From positions 930,001 to 994,000 of the forward strand of contig JADEYG010000003.1 in assembly GCA_016906335.1 (NCBI GenBank): 64,000 nt of DNA. Reading direction: 5' to 3'. This DNA comes from Novakomyces olei. Lineage: Eukaryota. Every line of letters starts with the position of its first letter. Position 1 is the stretch's first letter. Below, one piece after another: positions 1 through 19,150 of the stretch. Below the pieces are notes generated by a model that saw nothing but the letters and a program-made list of their open reading frames with translations, did not search any database and was not told the DNA's origin. The position numbers were made by a program, and so were the translations under genes.

Positions 1-29
1 GGCAAAAGCAGCCGACAGAGACGCACGCA

Positions 30-335
30 ATGGCAGCACAGACGGACGGCCACTGGGTCAACGTTGCGATTATTGGTACAGTATAACTCTGTAAAAGGGC
101 GACTGTCTAATTGGCTTCAGGTGTGGGCGGAGTCGGCTCCGAGCTGATCCGGCAAATCTACGAGTATAATGAGCGAATCGAACATGGGACACTGAACGCA
201 GTGCCTTTGCGTGTAGTATGTATCGCACGCTCGAATGGTATGGCAAATGTTCATTGATTGGTTGATTGCATTTCAATGCCGCAGTTTCGTCTGTTTATTA
301 GTCATCGTTGGAAATAATTTCGGTCATTTTAACTT

Positions 336-406
<71 letters not shown>

Positions 407-1467
407 TTAATTTATTAATTTATTTATTTATTTATTTATTCACTGTTTTCCAATGCTCAAATACAATCGCCCCGCTCGATCTAACACTGACAGCTTCGTT
501 TTGCTCGCACGAGTTTTCTGCTATTGATTTGACTAAATGGCGCGAGCATTTGACAACTGGCGCAGACCACCACCCTGCAAACCTCTCGCTCTCCGATATA
601 ACAGACTACCTTTGTTTGTCACCAAAACCTGTAATCTTTGTGGACAACACGTCGAGCGAACAAGTAGCCGCCTTTTACCCCACTCTGCTGAACCGCAAGA
701 TTCATATTGCAACGCCCAACAAGAAAGGGTTTTCTGGAGGCATTGAGCTTTACAAGAGGATACAAGCGGCACAAGTGGAAACGGGTGCACTCGTTTATCA
801 CGAGGCGACAGTTGGCGCTGGCCTTCCCGTACTTTCTACACTGCGAGACCTTGTCTTGACAGGCGACGAGGTCCATCGTATTGAGGGCGTACTGAGTGGG
901 ACAATGAGCTACTTGTTCAATAACTGGAGCCCCTCTGGACACGAAGGCACTGCCTCTTTTTCCGCTATGGTTACACAGGCCAAAGAGAATGGTTACACAG
1001 AACCTGACCCTCGTGACGATCTTAACGGTATGGATGTTGCCCGTAAAGTTACTATCCTGGCAAGACTGGCAGGGCTTGAATTGGAGGGCCCTTCCGCCTT
1101 CAAGGTGCAAAGTCTTATTCCCGCGGCTTTGGAGTCGGCTGCAAGCGCAGAAACTTTTCTGCAGAAACTACCGGAATACGATGCCGAGTTTTCCAGTGTC
1201 CGTTCGTCCGCTGAAAAGGCCGGAAAATGTGTTCGTTTCGTAGGGAGTGTTGATCTCAGTAATGGTGGGACTGCTTCTGTTGAGATGAAGGAATACGATG
1301 CTTCTAATCCTTTTGCTGCTCTTCAGGGTAGCGACAACCTTATTGCTTTTTATACAAAGCGATACTCACCACAGCCTCTTGTTATTCAGGGATCCGGTGC
1401 CGGTGCCGCTGTGACTGCAATGGGCGTGCTGTCTGATATTATTAAAATGGCAGACCGGCTGGCATAA
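30..1467 (+). CDS. HOM6: Homoserine dehydrogenase (exons 30-75, 121-237, 494-1467)
   Basis: Spliced N-terminus gives VAIIGVGGVG Rossmann motif. Motifs ATPNKK, EATVGAGLP, SGTMSY, GYTEPDPRDDLNGMDVARK and GAGAAVTA are present. GT..AG introns 76-120 and 238-493 restore the frame. Confidence 0.95.
337..440. repeat. (TTTA)n microsatellite in HOM6 intron 2
   Basis: Direct tandem TTTA run. Confidence 0.95.
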
Positions 1468-1695
1468 GCAAGTTTATTTGAACACTACAAGGATCAAATA
1501 AGATTCATTGGATTGAGTATGCAAACATGTATTTAAATAAAAAAATTAGCGCCGCCTGGGTTTAGTACTAGATTAAAATAATAACGATATATATATATAT
1601 ATATATATATATTAGTAAATAAAGACAGACCAAACAAACGCTTTAAACCCCCATTTTAAATTTATGTACTTGTACGATATGAAAACCAAACTATT

Positions 1696-3603
1696 TTATA
1701 AATGTAAACTCCCCTTTCCCTTTGCCTTGTGCTTGTTATCTTTTCGTTTCGATGAGGTTTCTGGTACAACAACGGTACCCTGTTGAATTTCGTGTTGTAG
1801 CGAAGAATCAGCCGTTTGCAATTGCGACTGGACAGAAAGTGTAAACATGAGATCTCGTAATTGCTCTTCCAAATCTTTAATTTTTTCATCCTTGGTCTTG
1901 AGCTTCTTTGCGTCCTCTTTCCGCCCTTCCTGCAAAACTGTAATTTTTTGCAATAAACTATCTGTCAAAGATTTTTCGCCCCTCAAATTCTGCTCTAATC
2001 CCTTTGCAGTTTTCATTAGCTTGCTATACTTCAATTTGAAAGCTTCGTTGCTCTTGCTTTCTGTTTCCAGCACAGAAAGCTTTGCCATCAAGGCATCCAT
2101 GTCCGGATAATGTTTGGCCTGAGCCTTTCCAATCGCTGCATGCTCTGCTCTTTCCCGGGCCACATACAACTCCTGAGTCAATTTTTGCAGCTCTCCTTCG
2201 TAAAACAAACGCTGTGAATCCAACTGCTCCGTGAGCATGTACGTGTACTCCATGCCAATATCTTGAATCTTGTCTTTGTCCTTTCCCTGATCACCGAGGT
2301 GCCCTGAAGCATGATTGGGAGGCAGTTCTACAAGCTTACCGTCCGCCTTGTTTTTAATAAGACGATGAACAAACTCGTCACCCGCATAATCCCATACACG
2401 CTGAGTGGAAAGATCGAGGGCAAATAAATGTGCGGTTGCTTCGTAGTGAGCATAAGCATGAGCATTATCATACCGGCCACAAGCAATATTGCCGCAGATT
2501 AAACAGATCCATAGATTCTGATTAATACCGCATATATTACACCGATTATTATCTGCACCAGCACCAACCGAATACTCACCAGACTCGTCCTGCACATACT
2601 CTTGAGAGTAGCGGCACACGGGACAGGAATTATCGTTCCATTTTTTCAAGCAATCACAGTGGAAGGTGTGCTGACAAACGGTTGTAACCAGCCCCGTTAT
2701 GCATACATCCATACGTTCCAAGCAAACAACGCAAGTCGGAAGTTCCTTGTACTGATTCAGAGTCGAGTTGTACGGGTCTGAATCAGTATTGTATGGATCC
2801 AGTGTAGTCGACAGCGAGTGTGAGCCTGCTGGTGGGGGTATAAAAGACGCGAAAGGCTCTGTACTGCCGCTTTTTCCATTGGTCAATACGCTATTTTCCT
2901 GCTTTGGCCCGACAGAGACGCCACTGACAAGGGCAATATTACACTTCTCTGGTTCCAGAGAGGAGAAAGCACGGCCATTGTAGTTGCGTCTAAAGTCACG
3001 TGCATCCTGCCAGTCACGGAACTTTAGCAGCACTAAATACCTGTTTTTATAGTTGGCCCGCACCATACGCAAATGGCTTGTACGCGACACAGTATGCTCG
3101 CCGAGGAAACCCAACAAATCAGACGGGGTCATGTACGCTGGCACTGAGAGTATTGCTGCCATACGGAACTTTTCTAAATTTTCCTCCTCCAGAGCCAACT
3201 CGTCCGGTGTGCCGTTTGCACGGAAAACGCGTACTAGCCCATGACCAAGATCGCACGAGTTCAATCCTCGCTTTGCCTCGTCACTGGCTAAAAGTGCCCA
3301 GCCTTCGTCCGCCGAAGAACAAGAGTCTTTAGTGCTACTCGAAGCCGATGCGTTACACACTTTGAACCATTCTAAAGCTATTGGGCCCGCTCGATAGTCG
3401 TTTCTTGGCTCTGGCTGCGATTCGTCTCGTGTCCCAGTACGTTTCTCGACACGGCCAGGTCGTGATTTGCTGCTGACGTCATTTGGACCATGACTCTGCT
3501 GTGAACTGTCGTCGGCAAAAACAAGCGCGTTGTCGAAAAAACCGTTAGGGTCGGCTAGCAGAGCCGTCGGCTCTGCTAATTCAAAGTGCACATGCAGTGC
3601 CAT
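1696..3603 (-). CDS. ETP1: BRAP2/ETP1-type RING E3 ligase (BRAP2, RING-H2, zf-UBP, coiled coil)
   Basis: ELPTCVVCLERMD..CQHTFHCDCLKKW..CPVCRY RING; LWICLICGNIACGRY..HAYAHY..QRVWDYAGD zf-UBP; C-terminal LEEQLRDLMF. Confidence 0.92.
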   Translation of the reverse strand: MALHVHFELAEPTALLADPNGFFDNALVFADDSSQQSHGPNDVSSKSRPGRVEKRTGTRDESQPEPRNDYRAGPIALEWFKVCNASASSSTKDSCSSADEGWALLASDEAKRGLNSCDLGHGLVRVFRANGTPDELALEEENLEKFRMAAILSVPAYMTPSDLLGFLGEHTVSRTSHLRMVRANYKNRYLVLLKFRDWQDARDFRRNYNGRAFSSLEPEKCNIALVSGVSVGPKQENSVLTNGKSGSTEPFASFIPPPAGSHSLSTTLDPYNTDSDPYNSTLNQYKELPTCVVCLERMDVCITGLVTTVCQHTFHCDCLKKWNDNSCPVCRYSQEYVQDESGEYSVGAGADNNRCNICGINQNLWICLICGNIACGRYDNAHAYAHYEATAHLFALDLSTQRVWDYAGDEFVHRLIKNKADGKLVELPPNHASGHLGDQGKDKDKIQDIGMEYTYMLTEQLDSQRLFYEGELQKLTQELYVARERAEHAAIGKAQAKHYPDMDALMAKLSVLETESKSNEAFKLKYSKLMKTAKGLEQNLRGEKSLTDSLLQKITVLQEGRKEDAKKLKTKDEKIKDLEEQLRDLMFTLSVQSQLQTADSSLQHEIQQGTVVVPETSSKRKDNKHKAKGKGSLHL

Positions 3604-3629
3604 TTGATTAGATCAATTATTCATAGACA

Positions 3630-3762
3630 GAAATAAATAATAATAAATAATAAATAATATATAATTCATAATAAATAATTCATAATAAATAATTCATAAT
3701 AAATAAATAATGAATAATTCATAATAAATAAATAATGAATAATTCATAATAAATAATAAATA
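3630..3762. repeat. AT-rich minisatellite (about 14-bp AATAATTCATAATA units) between divergent ETP1 and SMC1
   Basis: Repeated aataattcataata/aataaat units. Confidence 0.8.
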
Positions 3763-3944
3763 GACCATCAAAGATGCATTTAGCGTTACTTTTCACAAAT
3801 GTCAATTAGCTGCAACTCATTTGTATGGTGCAACTCTGCTTCATTACTGGTTTAATATTGCAAGTAGTACTATCCGCAAGCTTACTTGTCTTTTCGGGTT
3901 TTTGTTGGCTAATTAATTAATATAATATTTACGAATTAATGTTA

Positions 3945-3964
3945 ACGCGACTAGACGCGTCGCG
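3945..3964 (+). promoter_or_regulatory. Clustered MCB (MluI cell-cycle box)-like elements upstream of SMC1
   Basis: ACGCGA, ACGCGT (3955-3960) and CGCG lie within 40 bp of the SMC1 ATG. Cohesin genes are typical MBF targets in yeasts. Confidence 0.55.
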
Positions 3965-3983
3965 CTCTTAGCTTCAACAAACA

Positions 3984-6900
3984 ATGGGACGGCTCGTGCA
4001 GTTGGAGTTGGACGACTTCAAGTCGTATCGCGGCCATCAAATAATCGGACCCTTCTTTGATTTTACGTCTATTATTGGCCCAAATGGAGCCGGAAAGTCT
4101 AATCTCATGGATGCAATTTCCTTTGTGCTGGGAGTCAAGAGCCTGCACTTGCGGTCTCAGCATTTGCGTGAGCTAATTTATCGCGGGATTGCAAACGACG
4201 GTGTGGCCAGTCCGGCCGCATCTCATTGCTCTGTCACTCTTGTGTTTGAAGACGATAATGGCAGGCGAATTGTTTACCAGCGAATGTATGTACAATACTG
4301 AAATCAAGTTTGGCTAATACTCAAAGTGCTTACAACACAAACACGTCCGACTACCAGATCGATGGCAATTCTGTGCCGGCAAAAAAATACGTTCAAGCTC
4401 TTGAGAAGCATAATATTCTTGTTAAAGCCCGCAATTTTCTAGTGTTTCAGGTAACTGATAGAGTGCCGTTTAGCGCTAACATACAACAGGGCGACATTGA
4501 GTATATTGCCAGTCAATCGCCCAAAGACCTTACACGGCTTATTGAGCAGATCAGCGGGTAAGCTGAAAGCGTCTATTATTCTCTTTCTTTTCATTCATTT
4601 TCATTTCCTTTTCCTTTTTCTCTAATTGCCAGGAGCCTAGAGTATAAGCAACAGTATGATACGCTCAAGATTGAATACGAAAAAGCGATGGAAGAAAGCG
4701 CGTTTCATTTTACAAAGAAGCGAGGGATAAACGCAGAAGTGCGTTCGTGGCAGGAGCAGAAACGAGAGGCAGAGGAATATGAAAAAGTCTTGTCCCGCAA
4801 ACGCAAAACCGTTCTCTCCTATACAGTATGGAAAATGAACCAGTTTGAATCTTTGGCAAAACAAAGCCGATCGGAACTCCTGTTCAAAATGACCCAGCAG
4901 AGAGAGTTTAGTGATCAGATTCAAGAGGTGGAAGCCGAACTGTTCAAGCTGAAAGCAGCTCATGCTAAACTGGTAAAAAGCGTGTTGACGAGGGAAAAAC
5001 AGTTGAAACAAAAGCAGAGAGAATTGCAAGGCCACCAGCCAGAAACTTCAGCAGTAAATGAGAAGATTGATATTACGCGCACAACTCTCACAAAGTACGA
5101 ACGGCGTCGGGAGCAAATTGGCAGTGAGGAACATCGTCTGCTCGAGACTATACGACTTCTTGAGCAGCAAGTAACAAAATTAGCGGCAGCAATGTCTGAT
5201 TTGAACGCGCAAATTGAGGAGTCACAAGCTGCTCGCCACTCTGGTCTTGAAGGCGGGGCTCTGGCGGAGTACAAGCAATTGAAATCCGTTGTTCAGAGCA
5301 AATCTGCAGAGAGGCAATTAGAGCTTGAACGCGCTTCGCGTGAGTATAGAATATCAAACCAGGTATTTGAGAGCAATAGTCTCAAACTGGACTCTGTAAG
5401 AGACCTTTTGGCCAATGCCAAAGCGAGATACACAGAGCTCGAGGATAAACTGCGCGAAGATACTCAGCGGGCGGCAGTTCTAAGAGACGCGCTGGACGCT
5501 AAGAAGGAGTCCCTGGCTGAAAATGCTGAGACTAGAGCCCGACTGCAACAAAAAGAAAGCGAGACTAATGAGAAATTGGAAGACTGTTTAAAGCAGCTCT
5601 CCGAGGCAGATGCAGTCTCAAACGAGACACGAGCAGAAATGCGAAACCGACAGATCTTGGCAGAGCTAAAGCGAAATTTCCAGGGTGTTCGTGGATCCGT
5701 GGCAGAGCTTATTCGGCCAATGCAACCAAAGTTCAGAGTGGCCATAACCTCCGTACTGGGAAGGCATCTAGAGTCGATTATAGTGGACACGCAAACAGTG
5801 GCCAAAGACTGTTTGAACTATCTGCGGGATGGCCGTAAAGGCCAGGCTACTTTTATACCGCTAAATGCCATAGTCGCTGGCAGCGTAAACACCCAATTGC
5901 GAGGGCTTTACCCTGGAGTTCGGTTGGCTGTAGACGTCTTGGAGTACGATCAAAATCTGCAGAGAGCAGTTGATGTTGTCTGTGGCAATGCGATAATTTG
6001 TGATACACTAGGACTGGCGAGAGAAATGTGCTTTGAGCGTAATCTTAATGTTAAGGCAGCTTCATTGGATGGAACAATTGTACACAAGAGCGGGATGATC
6101 ACGGGTGGGACGGACGCAAGGCAGAATGGAAACAAATGGGATTCGCTTCAGATCGAAGCGTTGAAGAAGCTGAGAGACAATCTCGTTACTGAACTAGGTG
6201 CACTTGCTCTGGAAAGGAGACTTGCTCATTCAGACGACGGGGTAAAACAGGACCTGATTAAACTGGAGTCCCAGTACCAGATTGTTGCAGAAGAGTTGGT
6301 ATGAGATTCAATATTGAAGACTTTATTTATTTATTCATTTATTTTGCCTGGCCTAGAGTCCTCAAACTTCATTTTTGTCTCTAGTTGATTTGGGTTTAAT
6401 GTTTATATTGGAAATTATCCAAATAAAAGCTAACGGTCTAGAACGCAACGCGTCGCGAGTTTGAGAGTGTCAATCGAGAGCTGAATGCTTTGAAAGAGAG
6501 CGAAAAAGAAGCGAAAGCAAAATTAGACAAATGCAAACGAAAAAACATAGACAACAAGGCCAAAGTGGATTCTATTCAATCGGAGATTAATGCAATTGAG
6601 GATGAAATATTTGCAGAATTTTGTTCCCGATTTGACTTTGATAGTATTCGAACTTATGAGCAAGAACAGGGATCACAAGAGCTGGAATACGAGAGTCAGA
6701 AATCGCGGCTTATTAACCAATTGAACGCAGTCAACAGCAAGCTCGATTTTGAAAAGAATCGGTATCAGGATCTGCGGGACAGGATAGCCTCACTTGAACG
6801 CAAAGTTGCTGCCAACAAAGCCCTTTTAAAGGACATGGCTCTTGTCAAGGAGCGACATGCCAAGGAGGAAGACACTTTGCATGCAGAAATTGAGCTTTTA

Positions 6901-8120
6901 CAATCGTCTGTTAAAGACGCGCAGGCCAAAGCATCAAGGGCATTTGAGGCAGTTGAAACCAAGTCTTCGACTCGTAACGAGTTCAATACTGAGCACGAAA
7001 AGATATCACGTAAAATATCAAGTTGTCTACGTGAAATTGAGCGGCTCAAGTATGAGAAATTTGCTCTCTTACGCAAATGCAGACTTGAGGAGATACCCAT
7101 TCCTTTGAGCCAAGGATCATTGAAAAATCTGCCGCTCCAAGACGCAAATGTATTTGGGCCATCAGACGAAATGGATGTAGACGAGGAAAATGATGTGGCA
7201 AATATCGATGACGAGCAGAGCCGGTTTGGTATTGTTGTAGATTACACGTCGCTAACACGACACCAACTGGAAGATTCACCAGACACGGTGGAAAACGAGT
7301 TTCTAGACAAGATTTCGTCACTCACTGTTGAACTGGAGCAAATGCATCCGAATTTGAAGGCAATTGACCGACTGGAAGGCGTTCAAGACCGAGCTCATCT
7401 GAGCGAAACAGAGTGGCAGAAGGCGAGAAAAGATGCGAAACAAATCTCTGAAAAATTTGAGACGGCTCGACGGAAGAGGTGAGAAGACACAAAAATTATA
7501 AGAAAATAACGTAGAAAAAAAGACCAAAAGAAAAAAGAATAAATGAAGTCAAATAAAAAAGTCGACGTTTAACAACAACGACGTCTTACAACAACGAATA
7601 TATGAACAAACGCCCCCGTACCATACTAACTGTTAGATACGAGCTGTTCCAGCAAGCATTCACCCATATATCGGAGCAAATAGACCCCATATACAAAGAA
7701 CTGACGCGCAACGAGACATTCCCCTTGGGCGGGGTCGCCTATCTCACGCTAGAGGACAGTGAAGATCCGTTTTTGCATGGAATAAAGTATCACGCTATGC
7801 CGCCGACTAAAAGGTTCAGAGATATTGAACAGCTTTCAGGAGGGGAAAAGACAATGGCTGCCTTGGCTCTACTTTTTGCAATTCATTCGTATCAGCCTTC
7901 ACCGTTTTTCGTACTGGACGAAGTGGATGCCGCTCTTGATCAGCAAAATGTTGCACGCGTGGCCAGCTATATCCGCAATCACGCTGGCCAAGGGTTCCAG
8001 TTTATTGTAATTAGCTTGAGCGCTGCCTTTTTCAGTGCTAGCGAAGCACTTGTAGGCGTTTATCGTGAACAGTCAGAAACGTCTTCGCGGTCGCTTACAC
8101 TCGAGCTCGGTGCGAAATAA
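3984..8120 (+). CDS. SMC1: Cohesin subunit SMC1 (6 exons)
   Basis: Walker A IIGPNGAGKSNLMDAISFVLG, ARNFLVFQGD, hinge GQATFIPL/SGMITGG, signature LSGGEKTMAALAL, Walker B FFVLDEVDAALD, and YHAMPPTKRF. Introns near 4286-4327, 4451-4489, 4558-4632, 6299-6441 and 7479-7636. Confidence 0.96.
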
Positions 8121-8328
8121 TACTTGTATATAGTAACCAATAAGCTTAATTTATTTTAACTGTTTTAAATCTTTTCCTGTTTTTATTGTTATTCGTTTTA
8201 ATTTTGTTTAATTTGAATATAATTTAAATCATGCAAAATAATTAAATTAAATTATTGTTACTTTTGCATCTTTTTCAATTCTCTTCTCCTTTAGCTCTAT
8301 ATATATATAGCGAATAATCGCTATTCGT

Positions 8329-9243
8329 TCAATCAATTCCTGACTGTGTTGATACGGGCAGAGAAGTATTCGCGGCCAGAATTGTTGAAGAAATAATCTC
8401 TGTAGCTACGGCAGCAGTTGCCGTAGCTATAGCCGTACTTTTTGAGTTTCCTTGTGAAGGAAGAACAACAGAAACTATTGTATAAAGCAGTCGAAGGCCA
8501 CGGCGGATTACGCGTCGGTAAACGATCCAGCAGATTGAAAGCATCAGTACTGCAAAAGCTCCAATAATAAGCCATCGGTCCATCTTGTCTTGCTGCTCTA
8601 ATGCCCGAACAGCTTTTCGTGATAGCCCTAAAACGCGTCCAAGAGAGAAATACTCTTCTGCCACCATCGAAAGAGTTTGGCTCGAGGAGTATAGCAATTC
8701 GTTAGATTCTGTTGATTTTTCCAGTTCAACTGATAGTAAAGTATGTAGCCTTTGCATTGCCACTGTTACACTATTCGCTGAGGCCTGAAGCTGTGCCGAG
8801 TCTTCGCCAGTGCGATTGTTTATCCGATCTTCTAGTCGTGTGCTTCGTTTTTGTATGTTTTTTTGCTGCTCTTGATCCGCCTTTGCCACGTTTTTTTGCG
8901 ATGCAATAAGCGCGCGATGGTATAGAGATCGCAGCCTAGCATTTGTCAGAACTTTCTTCTTTTTCTTTTGTTTCTTTTTAATCCTTTTATTTTCTTCGTC
9001 ACTTTGGCTCTGAATGGCTTACATTTGCAAATCCTCAAACCTGTCTGCTACATTTTGCATTTGCTGTGGACACTCAGCGTCCGCGTATGCACGCAAGAGC
9101 TCAAGCCGGTCTTGTGCCGTTGCAAGACCGCGTTTAATATGATTAACAAGTGAGACCTGCTCTGAGGATTCGCTGCACTCTTTAAGCAGCGAAACTTGCC
9201 GCGCCACTCGGCGCAGCACCGTGTCTGCCGACGTCACTTGCAT
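8329..9243 (-). CDS. SEC20: Sec20-family ER SNARE (intron 9022-8936)
   Basis: Sec20-like domain (SVTVAMQRLHTLLSVELEKS..LSRKAVRALEQQDKMDRWLI) followed by a TM helix and YRR. Confidence 0.8.
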
Positions 9244-9257
9244 CTCATCGTTCCCCG

Positions 9258-9310
9258 AATTATTGTAATTATTGTAATTACTGTAATTATTGTAATTACT
9301 GTAATTATTT
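9258..9310. repeat. 9-bp tandem repeat (AATTAYTGT) x5-6
   Basis: aattattgt/aattactgt units between the SEC20 and lipase start codons. Confidence 0.9.
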
Positions 9311-9345
9311 AAATGCCAAAATAATCTATTGCGGGGTTGAAGCTA

Positions 9346-10383
9346 ATGGATCCCGCACTTTATACCAGAACGTTCCAGCCTGAGGGTCGCACTGTAGCGG
9401 CAATTGTCTTTGTACATGGATTTGTAGAGCACATTGACCGCTATGCCGACTGGTTCAGCCGATTTACAAAAGCCGGAATCCTGGTTTTTGCTTATGACCA
9501 GCTGGGGTTTGGCCGATCGACCAATTCCATCTGGACACACGGCCGCAGTGGAGGATGGAGCAGACAATTGGATGATATAACAAGGGCAATTACACATACT
9601 CGCGAACTTATCGCCGCCGGGACAAAGCTTTTTCTTTACGGACAGTCTATGGGCGGAGGGCTTGTGCTAAAGTACGGAATTGATGGAGAAAAGAAGGATG
9701 AAGTATCGGGCATTATTGCTACAAGTCCTCTGCTGCGTTTGTCACCATTGACCCGTCCAAATCCAATAATTTTTAATATGTATGCATTTATATTTAGTTT
9801 GAATTTGACGATAGCGTCGAGGAATGATTCAGTTATTCATTTATTTATTTTTTATTTTGCTCTTTCAATTCAATGCCTTTCTTTTACTAATACCCAGCGG
9901 TTCGATGGCTGCACACGTGCTACCTAGTCTTCAGTTTCCAGCCAAAGTTAACTCTTCATTCTTATCTCACGACCCAAAAATTGCAATGTCGGTAGATAAT
10001 GACGATTTATGTTTTACAGTGGGTACTTTACGCGGCATCAGCGATATGATTAATAGGTATGTAGACTCTTTATACTTTTGCTTTAGTCTAACGACGGAAA
10101 GGGGAGGGCGTTTGCCTAAAAGCGCAGCCGAGATTACAATTCCGTTTATTATTTTGCACGGTACTGGCGATAAAGTGACCGATCCGTCTGCTTCCCGAGA
10201 ATTTTATGAGAACGCGGGGTCAAGGGATAAAGAGATCAAGGAATATGATGGTGCTTACCACGAGCGTAAGTGTCTTTATGCTTGTATAAGCTCTTCTAAT
10301 CCTCATTAGTGCACAACGAAATTCCTGAATATAGGGATCGAGCCTTCGCGGACATTGAGACTTGGGTGCTTGCCCGCGTTTGA
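9346..10383 (+). CDS. YJU3: Monoacylglycerol lipase / lysophospholipase (alpha/beta hydrolase, 4 exons)
   Basis: FVHGFVEH, YDQLGFGRS, nucleophile GQSMGG, HGTGDKVT, YHE(L)HNE. Confidence 0.85.
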
Positions 10384-10523
10384 TTACTAGTGTGGCTTTT
10401 ATTTAACAGGTGGAGTAATAGGCGAATCTTGTTTTCTTTTCTTTTCTTTGTATCATTTTTGCTTCTAGCTAAACATTAATTGCAAATGTTATAAACATAG
10501 TATCGCGCATTAATCTATTTTTT

Positions 10524-12966
10524 CTAGTCAAAATTATTAATAAACCCTAAATATTCAAAGGGCGACAACAATGATTTTAAGACTAAATCCTGATCTTGCT
10601 GCTTTTCGTCCGGGCCCAACAATCTTGCAATTTGCTGTGTAATTATATCGATAGTATCATGGCAGCACTGTCGTAGTGTCCTGTCGTTATCAAAAACGCC
10701 AACGGCCAGCGATGACCATCCGCAGTCAAGCGCATCAATGATCCTGTATATCTAAATCATAAGCAAATTATCAAGTTATTGCACCCACGTCTAGACACGT
10801 CTCATAATCCTGAGCAGAATGTTTAAGACCGTCGTAAAATCCAATCAACTGTGATCGGACATCTAACCCAAGCAATGATTTTTGAAGAAAGGGTCTAATA
10901 CGACCTGGGCTGATGTCATCTTGGTAAACAGGCTGATCCTTTTATTAGCGCCAGTTCAATTAGAGCTGAAAGAAAAGAAGGTCTTAAAAGAGACTGGAAA
11001 AAATGAATGCATTATCAATGAATGCATTATCAATAATAAAGAAATAAATAAACAAACACAAAATAGACTATAAATCTTGAAACGTATAGCGGAATCATTG
11101 TTTAAAGAAAGAAAAAATACAGTAATTCACAAACTCACATCAACCAGCTTTGAATACTCGCGAGTTTGCCTAAAAGCTTCCAGCAATAGCTCATTAGTCT
11201 TCATTTCAAGCGTCATGTAAGATTTATTTTGATCGTGAGCCGAGGGATACGTCGCATACTGCAGCACTCTGCGGCCTAACTTGTACTGCTCATAGTCACC
11301 ACACATGCCAAGGAAATCTAGTATAAAGGACTGAATTCTTTTCCACACTAAACCTTGAGCATTTGCATCGTTAATACTCTGGGCAATCCTGTCTTGAAGC
11401 CAACATTTATGCTCATAATGCTGGAACGGCAGAGGAACTTGTTTAACTTTTCCCCCATAAATAGAACTGACGCAAACCGATCCCTCGTCTATATCACACA
11501 GCAAATCCCACCATTCTGGGTGGCTCCTAAACACTGGGTTCGTGACACCAGCGACATAACCAGGCCTAAGATTAGTAAGGAAGATGAATCAGAAATTAAT
11601 TAATAATAGACTGAATGATAATTTAAAAATAAATAAAAATCAATAAATAAATAAAATAGAGAATAAAGATAAATTGATAATTGATAATTAATTAATTAGT
11701 TTGGACAATGGCACGCACGTAGATAAGAGAGCTTCCAAATGGCTTAAATTCGCGTAAGGAAAAGCTCGCGCAGTATAGTAGTCAGACAATCCGGTTGCTG
11801 CACCAACCAGTTGAACAGACGTCAGAACAAAGCTGCAAATGCACTCTACTGTTTGCTTTTGGCCCACAAAAATAATCCTGCGTCCTGCTAATATTGCGTT
11901 TAGTATAGCCACAATAAGAGGAGTGCGAGCTCCCTGTGTAAACAACTCCCAGGGCAACGGTGTCTTTGGCCTTGATCCAATGCATCCCCAAAATTTCTTT
12001 ACAAAATCAACGACAAATGTTTTGTAAAACACTTGGTCGATATGGAGGGCAGGCAGTTCTATCGGGTAATAAGCCCCTAAATACTCGACTGGAGGTACTG
12101 TAGAACGAAGCTTCGTTTCGTACAAACCTTCTGCGCCGAGAGAGTGTATGACAAGCCGTTCTTTTTCCGATAGACTCGATGGCGGAGTTTCGATAGAATT
12201 AAGCGTACTGAAGAGAGTCGATAAAGCACGGAGATCTGACGTGGTGGTTATGTGTGACAATGTAGCGACAAGTAGTGGCTACGCCATTAGGATTAAATGC
12301 TCATTTCATTATGCGTTTCAAAGTGAAGTTAAAGTTGTTACCTCAGAGTGGGTTATCAAAAGGCTCTTTGATGACAATGCAATAGCCCTAATGTGCGCAC
12401 CCCTGAAAGACTGAATTAGAAAAAAAAACAGTCTTTAAAATTTGATAAATATGTAGCCAACCCGAGCTAAACCAAAATTGAAATAAGGCTAAAAATTTAA
12501 ATTAAAATCAATAAAACTGGACTCCAATTCATGACAAAATTAGACAGCACGAATTGAGGAGAATGAATCGAATTTATCAAAGCTAAACCTACCGCTTAGC
12601 CGAGTTGTCCTGCTGTGTCTGAACGACATTAAAAGTATAGCAAATTTTTTGCTCAGCGCGTTCACGAGCGTCGTTCAGGATCAGAAACGAACGATCTAAT
12701 TTGCGAACGTGTGCCTGATCAGGGAGCATGGTTTCTGCGATTAATCTGCCAATGTTTAGTGCTGACAATGAAAAAAAAAAGGAATTAAGTTAAATTTAAA
12801 CAAAACTCAAATGCCAAAACATAGCCGAGACACGAGGGACAAATCAAAGGAAATACCCGTGTAGCAAGAGCCATTCTTCGTTCTCTGGAGGGAAAGCAGC
12901 CACCAGTCGCGAACCAAGGTCGCTGTCAAACTCCGCCAGATAGACCTTCTCGACTAATGGCCGCAT
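10524..12966 (-). CDS. AFI1: AFI1/MesA-family polarity protein (multi-exon; 3' end approximate)
   Basis: N-terminus YLAEFDSDLGSRL..ETMLPDQAHVR; SPA-like domain PLIVAILNAILAGRRIIFVG..RAFPYANL..GVTNP.F..HPEWWDLLCDI. Confidence 0.8.
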
Positions 12967-13150
12967 TTGAGGCGCAAAGTAATCCACCCAAGCCCGAGTA
13001 CAACGATGTAAAAAGATTCATTCAACGTAAGCTTTAATTGCATCAGCTAGTACGTCCATGAGCTGGTTAATGTGAATGAATCTAATTCCACAAAGTGAGA
13101 CATTCGACTGTGGAGTAGGAGCAATAATAGCAAAAGAAATTAGTATTAAA

Positions 13151-13311
13151 TATTTATTATTTATTATTTATTATTTATTATTTATTATTTATTATTTATT
13201 ATTTATTATTTATTATTTATTATTTATTATTTATTATTTATTATTTATTATTTATTATTTATTATTTATTATTTATTATTTATTATTTATTATTTATTAT
13301 TTATTATTTAT
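13151..13311. repeat. (TTTATTA)n 7-bp microsatellite
   Basis: About 23 tandem copies between divergent AFI1 and separase. Confidence 0.95.
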
Positions 13312-13377
13312 ATATGGCCTTCATATTATATATCCAATCTTTCTAATCGCGTAAACAACTACATATGCCGCGTGTCT

Positions 13378-19150
<5,773 letters not shown>

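Noticed and set aside
235-493. Hydrophobic YLFI-repeat N-terminus of the 410-aa ORF
   Set aside because: Translation of the (TTTA)n intron; the true N-terminus comes from upstream exons
13076-13354. ORF with YYLLFII repeats
   Set aside because: Translation of a 7-bp microsatellite
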